This document shows positions 39,770-47,343 of a stretch of 64,000 nucleotides of DNA, piece by piece. The number at the start of each line of letters is the position of its first letter. The stretch's first letter is position 1. The stretch covers positions 164,284-228,283 of the forward strand of contig CAWALG010000030.1 of assembly GCA_963782815.1 (NCBI GenBank), read 5' to 3'. The position numbers and the translations under genes are program-made. The notes beneath the pieces were generated by a model. The model worked only from the letters and a program-made list of their open reading frames with translations. It searched no databases and had not been told where the DNA came from. The DNA comes from an uncultured Acidobacteriota bacterium (GTDB lineage Bacteria > Acidobacteriota > Thermoanaerobaculia > UBA5066 > Gp7-AA6).

Positions 39770-41149
39770 ATGTACTTCAAGCAGTTCTATCTCGGGTGCC
39801 TGGCGCAGGCCTCCTACATGATCGGATCGAAGGGGGAGGCGGCCGTCGTGGACCCCAGGCGCGACGTCGAGACATACCTCGAGGAAGCCGAGCGCGAGGG
39901 GCTCACGATCCGGCACGTCATCGAGACGCACCTCCACGCGGACTTCGTGTCGGGGCACCGGGAGCTCGCGGCCAGCACCGGCGCGAAGATCTATTTCGGG
40001 GCGAAGGCCAAGGCCGGGTTCGACCACGTCCCCGTCCGCGAAGGAGACCAGATCGTCCTCGGCGACGTCGCGCTGCGTTTCCTCGAGACGCCCGGCCACA
40101 CGCCGGAGTCCCTCTCGATTCTGGTCATCGACCGGGCCAAATCGGAGGAGCCCGAGGCCGTTCTGACCGGCGACACGCTCTTCATCGGAGACGTCGGCCG
40201 GCCGGATCTCCTCGGCGCGAAGATGAGCGCGGAGGAGCTCGCCGGAATGCTCTACGACTCTCTCCACGAGAAGCTCCTGAAGCTGCCCGATTCCGTCGCC
40301 GTCTACCCGGCGCACGGAGCGGGGTCGCTCTGCGGCCGCAACATCTCGAGCGAGACCTCCTCGACGATCGGCCAGCAGCGCCGCTTCAACTACGCCCTCC
40401 AGCCGATGCCGCGGGAGGACTTCATCCGGATGATGACGACGGACCTGCCGGAGGCGCCCGCGTATTTCTCGCGCGACGTCCAGTTGAACCGCGAGGGGCC
40501 GTCGAATCTCTCGGAGCTTCCAAAACCTCCCGGACTTCTCCCCGCCGCCGTGGACGAGATGCGGCGGTCAGGAGCCGTCGTGCTCGACACGCGGCCTGCC
40601 TCGCAGTTCGGGACGGGCCATGTTCCGGGATCCCTGAACATCGGTCTCGGCGGCCAGTTCGCTTCCTGGGCCGGAGCCCTGATCCCGGCCGAGAAGCCGA
40701 TCGTCCTCGTCACCGAGGACGAGGAGCAGGTCGAAGAGGCGCGCACGCGCCTGGCGCGCGTCGGGCTGGAGAACGTGGCGGGCTACCTCGCGGGAGGTCT
40801 CCTCGCCTGGCATGAAGCGGGGCGCCCGCTCGCGGCGATGGAGCAGATCAGCGTGGACGAGCTGCGTCACCGGATCGCGCAGGGCGAGGTCGGGCAGCTC
40901 GTGGACGTGCGGCGTCCGGCGGAGTGGCAGGCCGGCCACATCGCGCAGGCCCGGAACCTGCCCTTGAACGAGCTCGCCGCCCGCGCCACGGAGCTCGACC
41001 GCGGCAAGCCCGTCACCGCCATCTGCGCCGGCGGCTACCGCTCCTCGATCGCGACGTCCGTCCTCGAGCAGCAGGGCTGCGCGCGGATCATCAACGTCGT
41101 CGGGGGAATGACCGCCTGGAACCAGGCGAAATTCGAGACGGCCGCCTGA
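39770..41149 (+). CDS. MBL-fold persulfide dioxygenase with two rhodanese domains (CstB/Blh-like architecture)
   Basis: ETHLHADFVSG, TPGHTPES, TGDTLFIGDVGRPD, YPAHGAGSLCG; C-terminal rhodanese ICAGGYRS. Confidence 0.85.
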   Translation: MYFKQFYLGCLAQASYMIGSKGEAAVVDPRRDVETYLEEAEREGLTIRHVIETHLHADFVSGHRELAASTGAKIYFGAKAKAGFDHVPVREGDQIVLGDVALRFLETPGHTPESLSILVIDRAKSEEPEAVLTGDTLFIGDVGRPDLLGAKMSAEELAGMLYDSLHEKLLKLPDSVAVYPAHGAGSLCGRNISSETSSTIGQQRRFNYALQPMPREDFIRMMTTDLPEAPAYFSRDVQLNREGPSNLSELPKPPGLLPAAVDEMRRSGAVVLDTRPASQFGTGHVPGSLNIGLGGQFASWAGALIPAEKPIVLVTEDEEQVEEARTRLARVGLENVAGYLAGGLLAWHEAGRPLAAMEQISVDELRHRIAQGEVGQLVDVRRPAEWQAGHIAQARNLPLNELAARATELDRGKPVTAICAGGYRSSIATSVLEQQGCARIINVVGGMTAWNQAKFETAA

Positions 41150-41183
41150 CTTCCGACGCAACTCCGACGCGGCAGGTTCGCGG

Positions 41184-42953
41184 ATGCATCTGACGCGGCT
41201 CGACTGGTGGATCGTCGCGGCCTCGGTCGTCGTGTCGTTCCTGCCGGCCATCTTCTTCTTCCGGCGCGCGAGCAAGAGCACCACGGAGTTCTTCACCTCG
41301 GGGCGGGCCGCGCCCTGGTGGCTCGTCGGAGTCTCCATGGTCGCGACGACCTTTTCGACCGACACGCCCAACCTCGTCACGAACATGGTGCGCGAGCACG
41401 GCGTCTCGGACAACTGGCTCTGGTGGTCGTTCCTCTTGACCGGGATGCTGACGGTCTTCTTCTACGCGCGGATGTGGCGGCGCTCGGGAGTCCTGACGGA
41501 CCTCGAGTTCTACGAACGGCGTTATTCCGGCAAGGCGGCGAGCTTCGTGCGCGGCTTCCGGGCGGTCTATCTCGGCCTCTTCTTCAACTGCGTCATCATG
41601 GCGACGGTCAACCTCGCGGCCGCCAAGATCGGCAACATCCTGTTCGGATGGCCGATGGCGAAGACCCTCGTCCTCTGCTCGGTCATCACGATCTTCTTCG
41701 CGTCGGTCTCCGGGCTCTGGGGCGTGCTCGTCACGGACTCGATCCAGTTCTCGATCACGATGACCGGGACCTTCGCGATGGCCTACTTCGCCGTCAAGCA
41801 GCCGCAGGTCGGCGGACTCTCGGGGCTCGTGCACCGGCTCGATCCGAAGATGTTGAATCTCCTGCCCGACTTCGGGGACTGGAGCCTCGCCCTCTCGGTC
41901 TTCCTGATCCCGATCACGATCCAGTGGTGGTCGGTCTGGTACCCGGGAGCGGAGCCCGGCGGCGGCAGCTACATCGCCCAGCGGATGCTCGCTTCCCGCA
42001 CCGAGAAGGACGCGCTGACGGGAACTCTCCTCTTCAACGCGATGCACTACGCCCTGCGTCCCTGGCCCTGGATCATCGTGGCGCTCTCCTCGATCCTGGT
42101 CTACCCGCAGCTCTCCGACATCCACCGGGTCTTCCCGTACGTGGAAGAGCGTTTGATCGGCAACGACATGGCCTACCCGGCGATGTTGCGGTTCCTGCCG
42201 GCGGGGTTCCTGGGCCTCATGGTCGCGGGGATGCTGGCGGCCTACCGCTCGACGATCGAGACCCACCTGAACTGGGGCACGTCGTATCTCGTTCACGACT
42301 TCTACCGCCGCTTCTTCAGGCGCGACGCCGCCGAGCGGCACTACGTTTTCATGGGGCGCGTCGTCACGGCGCTCCTGATGATCTGCGCGGCGCTCCTGAC
42401 CTTCGCGCTCGACACGGCGAAGGAGAGCTTCGACCTGATCCTGTCGGTGGGCGCCGGGACGGGGTTGATCTACCTGCTGCGCTGGTTCTGGTGGCGCATC
42501 AACGCCTGGAGCGAGGTCTCGGCCATGGCGAGCTCCTTCCTGGTCGCGGTGGGTTTCTTTGTCGCGCGAAAGGCCGGACACCCGGTCGCGCCGCACCTCG
42601 CCCTGATCGTCACGGTGGCGGCGACGACGGTCGTCTGGATCGCGGTCACTTACGCGACCCGGCCCGTGGACCGGCCGACCCTCGTCGTGTTCTACCGCCT
42701 CGTGCGGCCGGCGGGCCCCGGCTGGCGCGAGATCCGCCGCGAGGCGGGCGTGGGTCCGTCGCCCGACAGCCTCCCCCAGAACCTCCTCGGCTGGGTCCTC
42801 GGCTGCGTGTTCGTCTATGCCGCGCTCTTCGGGACCGGCAGCGTCCTGTACGGCAAGACCGCCCAGGCCGCGGTCTGGATCGCCCTCTTCGTCGTCAGCG
42901 GCGTCTGGCTGGCGCGCCTGGTGCCCGCCCTCTGGCCCGCCCGCGAATCGTGA
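41184..42953 (+). CDS. Sodium:solute symporter (SLC5/SSS) family protein
   Basis: EFFTSGRAAPWWLVGVSMVATTFSTDTP, YIAQRMLA, STIETHLNWG, LLRWFWWRINAWSE. Confidence 0.9.
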   Translation: MHLTRLDWWIVAASVVVSFLPAIFFFRRASKSTTEFFTSGRAAPWWLVGVSMVATTFSTDTPNLVTNMVREHGVSDNWLWWSFLLTGMLTVFFYARMWRRSGVLTDLEFYERRYSGKAASFVRGFRAVYLGLFFNCVIMATVNLAAAKIGNILFGWPMAKTLVLCSVITIFFASVSGLWGVLVTDSIQFSITMTGTFAMAYFAVKQPQVGGLSGLVHRLDPKMLNLLPDFGDWSLALSVFLIPITIQWWSVWYPGAEPGGGSYIAQRMLASRTEKDALTGTLLFNAMHYALRPWPWIIVALSSILVYPQLSDIHRVFPYVEERLIGNDMAYPAMLRFLPAGFLGLMVAGMLAAYRSTIETHLNWGTSYLVHDFYRRFFRRDAAERHYVFMGRVVTALLMICAALLTFALDTAKESFDLILSVGAGTGLIYLLRWFWWRINAWSEVSAMASSFLVAVGFFVARKAGHPVAPHLALIVTVAATTVVWIAVTYATRPVDRPTLVVFYRLVRPAGPGWREIRREAGVGPSPDSLPQNLLGWVLGCVFVYAALFGTGSVLYGKTAQAAVWIALFVVSGVWLARLVPALWPARES

Positions 42954-42959
42954 CTGGGT

Positions 42960-43169
42960 TCAAAACCGATCTCTCTTTTCGCGGAGGTTCTTCGGACTCA
43001 TTCGCGTCAGGAATCCCTTGAGGCTTAAGAGAGGCTGATCAGGGATGAGAGTGATCACACCATGCTTGGCGACCACGCGCAGGACTTGTCCCACCCTGAG
43101 ACCGGCGGCCTGGCGCACCTCCCTGGGAATGACGATCCGAAACTTCGATGAAACGACGGCATGGGCCAT
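42960..43169 (-). CDS. AbrB/MazE/SpoVT-family DNA-binding protein (orphan antitoxin-like)
   Basis: VSSKFRIVIPREVRQAAGLRVGQ swapped-hairpin motif; C-terminal KGFL...REKRDRF. Confidence 0.78.
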   Translation of the reverse strand: MAHAVVSSKFRIVIPREVRQAAGLRVGQVLRVVAKHGVITLIPDQPLLSLKGFLTRMSPKNLREKRDRF

Positions 43170-43197
43170 AGCCGAATTGTCTTAGATTTCACATGCA

Positions 43198-44040
43198 ATG
43201 AGATTCCCATCTGACGTTCCTCTGGACACCATTGCGTACAAAGCCGTCGTTCTGGCACGGGGCCTTGGCACCCGCATGCGCCAGGAGGACGTGGCGGCTG
43301 CACTCGATCTGGGCCAGGCGGCCGCGGCCCGCCAGGGCTTGAAGGCGATGATCTCCTTCGGCCGGCCGTTTCTGGACTATGTCCTCTCCTCGCTCGCCGA
43401 CGCCGGGTTGAGGGAGGCCTGTCTCATCATCGGCCCCGAGCACGGGGCTATCCGCGAGTACTACACCGAGAAGGCTCCGCCTCACCGCCTTCACGTCTCC
43501 TTCGCGATCCAGCCGGAGCCGCGCGGCACGGCGGACGCGGTGCTCGCGGCGGAGTCCTTCGCGGCCGGTGAGGATTTCCTGGCCGTCAATTCCGACAACA
43601 TCTATCCGGTCTCGGCGCTGTCGGCCCTGGCGCGTCTCGCGGAGCCAGGTGTTGCTCTCTTCGAGCGGGACGCGCTCATCGCGCAAAGCAACATCCCCGC
43701 CGAACGGATCGCATCGTTCGCCGTCTGCCGCGTGGGAGCGGACGGCTATCTCGAAGAGATCCTGGAGAAGCCGAACCCGGCGATCCTCGCGTCTCTCGGC
43801 CCGGGAGCTCTCGTCAGCATGAACTGCTGGCGGTTCTCTCCGGCGATCTTCGAAGCGTGCCGCCGCGTGCCGCTGTCGCCGCGCGGCGAGCTGGAGCTGC
43901 CGATGGCCGTGCGCGAGGCGATCGCGCGGGGTGTGCGCTTCAAGGTCGTGCGGAGCCGCGAAGGGGTGCTGGACCTCTCCCGCCGCTCCGATGTCGCGGC
44001 GGTTGCCGAGCGGCTGCGAGGCGTCAGCGCGGAGCCGTGA
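43198..44040 (+). CDS. Sugar-phosphate nucleotidyltransferase (NTP_transferase family)
   Basis: AVVLARGLGTRM, PFLDYVL, QPEPRGTADAV, NSDNIY, SPRGELELP. Confidence 0.85.
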   Translation: MRFPSDVPLDTIAYKAVVLARGLGTRMRQEDVAAALDLGQAAAARQGLKAMISFGRPFLDYVLSSLADAGLREACLIIGPEHGAIREYYTEKAPPHRLHVSFAIQPEPRGTADAVLAAESFAAGEDFLAVNSDNIYPVSALSALARLAEPGVALFERDALIAQSNIPAERIASFAVCRVGADGYLEEILEKPNPAILASLGPGALVSMNCWRFSPAIFEACRRVPLSPRGELELPMAVREAIARGVRFKVVRSREGVLDLSRRSDVAAVAERLRGVSAEP

Positions 44041-44079
44041 GAAATTGTGAAACCGTGAATTGTGAATTGTGAATTGTGA
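44037..44079 (+). repeat. (GTGAATT)n heptamer tandem repeat
   Basis: gtgagaaattgtgaaaccgtgaattgtgaattgtgaattgtgaa fills the entire intergenic gap. Confidence 0.85.
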
Positions 44080-45408
44080 ATGAGGATTGCCGACCAGCTG
44101 ACGTCAGCCGGTTTGAGTGATCGGGAAGCGGAGGCGAAGGCCAGGCTTTTCGATGCGGCTGAGCGGCGGCTGGAAGGCCACTCGGGCGGCGACATCTGGC
44201 GGTGGTTCATCCCGGGGCGCATCGAGGTGCTCGGCAAGCACACCGACTACGCGGGAGGGCGGAGTCTCCTCTGCGCGGTCGAGCGCGGCTTCTGCCTGGC
44301 CGCGCGGGCGCGGGAGGACCGCGTCGTCCGCATCGCCGACGCCGTCCTCGACGTCGAAGCCCTCCTGCCGCTCTCCGGCGATCCCGGCGCAGCCGAGGAG
44401 GGGAGGTGGACGGCCTATCCTTCGGCGGTCGTCCGCCGGGTCGCGCGCGACTTCACGGGATCCCTGCGCGGCGCCGACATCGCCATCGCCTCCGACCTGC
44501 CGCGCTCGGCCGGCTTATCCAGCGGGAGCGCGCTCGTCGTCGCGGTCTTCACGGCCCTGGCTCACGTCAACGCCCTCGAGGAGCACGCCGTGTACCGCGC
44601 GAACATCGCAAGCCCCGAGGACCTCGCGGGTTATCTGGCTGCCGTCGAGAACGGCCTCTCCTTCGGCGCTGTGGCCGGCGATCGCGGGGTGGGCACCTTC
44701 GGCGGAAGCGAGGACCACACGGCGATGCTCTGCTGCCGCGCCGGGAATCTCTCGCAATACGCCTTCTGCCCGGTGCGGCATGAGCGCGATGCCGCTCTGC
44801 CGGCGGATCGGACGTTCGTCGTCGCCTCGAGCGGCGTGACGGCGGAGAAGTCCGGAGCGGCGCGCGACCGCTACAACCGGCTGTCTCTTGCCGCCTCCGC
44901 GATCTTCGAGCTCTGGCGGGGCGCCGGCGGGCCGGGAGAGACGCTCGGCCAGGCCGTGGCCCAGCCCGGAGCGCCCGATCGAATTCGTGAGGTTCTGAGC
45001 CATTCCGCGCATCCGCTCTTTACGCCGAGGGAGCTCTCCGACCGTTTCGAGCAATTCCTCCTGGAGAGCGAAACGATCGTTCCGGCCGCTGCCGAAGCCG
45101 TGGCAACGGCCGACGACGCCGTGCTCGGGGCCGTCGTCGCGCGGTCCCAGAGCGGAGCCGAGCGCCTCCTCGGGAATCAGACACCAGAGACGTCCGGCCT
45201 CGTCGCTTCGGCCCGCGCCCGCGGCGCCATCGCCGCCTCCGCCTTCGGAGCCGGCTTTGGCGGCAGCGTCTGGGCTCTCGTCGAAAGAGATCGGACCGAG
45301 AGCTTCCGAACCGCCTGGCAGGACGATTACCGCCGGAGCTTTCCTAACGCCGCAGCCTCGAGCGAGTTCTTCGCAACCCGCGCGGGACCGGGACGCCTTC
45401 GCCTGTAA
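44080..45408 (+). CDS. Galactokinase-family GHMP kinase (atypical substrate motif)
   Basis: PGRIEVLGKHTDY, LPRSAGLSSGSA, GGSEDH, AFGAGFGG. Confidence 0.85.
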   Translation: MRIADQLTSAGLSDREAEAKARLFDAAERRLEGHSGGDIWRWFIPGRIEVLGKHTDYAGGRSLLCAVERGFCLAARAREDRVVRIADAVLDVEALLPLSGDPGAAEEGRWTAYPSAVVRRVARDFTGSLRGADIAIASDLPRSAGLSSGSALVVAVFTALAHVNALEEHAVYRANIASPEDLAGYLAAVENGLSFGAVAGDRGVGTFGGSEDHTAMLCCRAGNLSQYAFCPVRHERDAALPADRTFVVASSGVTAEKSGAARDRYNRLSLAASAIFELWRGAGGPGETLGQAVAQPGAPDRIREVLSHSAHPLFTPRELSDRFEQFLLESETIVPAAAEAVATADDAVLGAVVARSQSGAERLLGNQTPETSGLVASARARGAIAASAFGAGFGGSVWALVERDRTESFRTAWQDDYRRSFPNAAASSEFFATRAGPGRLRL

Positions 45409-45442
45409 ACTCGGTGCTCGCTTAACCCTCGGAGGAGGCAGA

Positions 45443-45649
45443 ATGGAGCAGTCGCGCCGGAAGTCCGCAATCTCCACGATCGCAGTTTCTCTCGTCGTCG
45501 GGATCGTCGGCCTGACAACCGTGTCCGGCCGTCCCCGTTTCTCCGGCTACGCCACGGTGGACGTTCTCCAGCTCCTCGCCTCCGGAATGTGCTTCGGAAT
45601 CGCGCTCGTGGGGATTGTGCGTTCCTTCCGAAACTCCGGCCCACGGTAA
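45443..45649 (+). CDS. Small two-TM membrane protein (68 aa)
   Basis: GGAGGAGG RBS; two hydrophobic segments (IAVSLVVGIVGLTTV; LLASGMCFGIALVGIV). Confidence 0.6.
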   Translation: MEQSRRKSAISTIAVSLVVGIVGLTTVSGRPRFSGYATVDVLQLLASGMCFGIALVGIVRSFRNSGPR

Positions 45650-45841
45650 GCGGCCCAGGAGCGCAACGGCGCAACCCGTGCCAGCCCCGGTCGCGGCGCG
45701 AGGAGTCTCCCAGAGGGGAGGAGCCTCGCGCCGCGGGAGCGTAGCGTTTGCGCGTGAATCAGGCGAGCGATCGAGGCCGCATCCGGCCGAGTCGCTCGCC
45801 GGTGCGCCGAAGGCGCAGATCCGCGCAAGCGCGGAGCGACG

Positions 45842-47260
45842 TCAGCGGAGCCCGACGAGGGCGCGGACGGAGTCGAGGAGTTTGGCGGAGTCGTAGCCGA
45901 TGCCGTCCTTGAAGACGGTCTCGACTTTTTCGATGTCGGCGATGTTCTTCGTGGGGTCGCCGTGGATCACGACGAGGTCGGCCTGCTTGCCGGGGGCGAT
46001 CGTGCCGATACGGTCCGCTTCGCCGAGGAACCGCGCGCCGTTCTCCGTCTGGATCTGGATGGCTTCGACGGGGGTGAAGCCGGCTTCGACTAGGAGCTCG
46101 ACCTCGCGCTGGTCGCCGTAGCCGGCGAGCGTGCCGCCGATGCCGGTCGGGTCGCAACCGGCGAGCAGCATGCCGCCCGCCTTCGCGAAGGCGTACTCGA
46201 ATTCCATCTCCTTCTTCAGGAGCGCGGCCCAGTCGGGGCCGGAGGCCGTCGCGCCGGCCCCGGCGCGGCGCGAGAGGTAGTTGACGCGGGCGTCCGGCGT
46301 CATCGCCGCGAGAACTCGCTCTGCCAGCGGCGGCCGGCCCGGGACCTGCAGCTCGAACACGGGAAGAGTCGAGGTGACGGCGACCTTGTGCCGGACGAGA
46401 TCGGCGATCAGCTCACGGGCCTGCGGCCCGGCCATGTCGAGCTTCGAGGTGATGCCGTACATCGCCCGGGCGGACGGGCAGACGTCCGGCTCCTTCCCGG
46501 GGGCGAATTCCATGTCGTAGTACATCGGCCCGTGCTCGAGGTCGTCGATGCCGAGCGCGGCCGCTTCCGGGTAGGTGACCGAGCACAGGTGCGCGGTCAC
46601 CTTGATCTTCCGGGCGTGCGCCTCGGCGATCGCGGCGGCGAGCTCCGCCCGGCTGATGTGCATGTACGCCTTGAAGGAGGTCGCGCCCTGGTCCGCCCAG
46701 AACGCGACGGTCTTGCGGGCGTCCTCGGGACCCTTCAGCACGTGGAGCTGCGGAATGACCGCGCCCGTGCCCTCCAGGTAGGGCCCGGTCACGTGGATTT
46801 TCGGGCCCGGCGCCTTGCCAGCGTCGATCAGCTTCTTGATCTCGAGGTCGGTGTACGGCTCGATCGAGCCGGTCGTGCGGATCGTCGTCACGCCGCAGGC
46901 GAGATAGAGGCGCGGGAAGCTGAAGGCCATCTCGGCGAAGAAGCCCCCGCCCTGCGGATAGAAGAGATGGTCGTGCATCCCGACGAGCCCGGGGATGACC
47001 GTGTACCCGGAGAGGTCCATCACCTTCGCGCCGGCGGGGACAGCGGGCGAAGCGCCCACGGCCTGGATCCTTCCGCCCGAGATGACGAGGGTCTGGTCTT
47101 CACGAGCCGGACCGCCGGTGCCGTCCACGACGCGCACGTGCGTCAACACGACGACCGGCGCGTCCACGCTGACGAAGGCCTTGACCTCGGCAGACAGCGG
47201 CTGCGCCGGCAGGGCCTTCGGAACGAGCAGACAAATCGCGAGCGCCCAGCGGCTTCGCAT
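45842..47260 (-). CDS. Secreted amidohydrolase-family protein (imidazolonepropionase-like fold)
   Basis: Signal peptide; VIPGLVGMHDHL, GVTTIR, KVTAHL, DDLEHG, GTIAPGKQADLV. Confidence 0.88.
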   Translation of the reverse strand: MRSRWALAICLLVPKALPAQPLSAEVKAFVSVDAPVVVLTHVRVVDGTGGPAREDQTLVISGGRIQAVGASPAVPAGAKVMDLSGYTVIPGLVGMHDHLFYPQGGGFFAEMAFSFPRLYLACGVTTIRTTGSIEPYTDLEIKKLIDAGKAPGPKIHVTGPYLEGTGAVIPQLHVLKGPEDARKTVAFWADQGATSFKAYMHISRAELAAAIAEAHARKIKVTAHLCSVTYPEAAALGIDDLEHGPMYYDMEFAPGKEPDVCPSARAMYGITSKLDMAGPQARELIADLVRHKVAVTSTLPVFELQVPGRPPLAERVLAAMTPDARVNYLSRRAGAGATASGPDWAALLKKEMEFEYAFAKAGGMLLAGCDPTGIGGTLAGYGDQREVELLVEAGFTPVEAIQIQTENGARFLGEADRIGTIAPGKQADLVVIHGDPTKNIADIEKVETVFKDGIGYDSAKLLDSVRALVGLR

Positions 47261-47343
47261 GGAGTCCTCCGAATCGGGCAATACTGACGCACGAGTCGAA
47301 GGAATCCAAGGCCGCCGTTGTACTCTCTCTCGCGGACAGCGAG

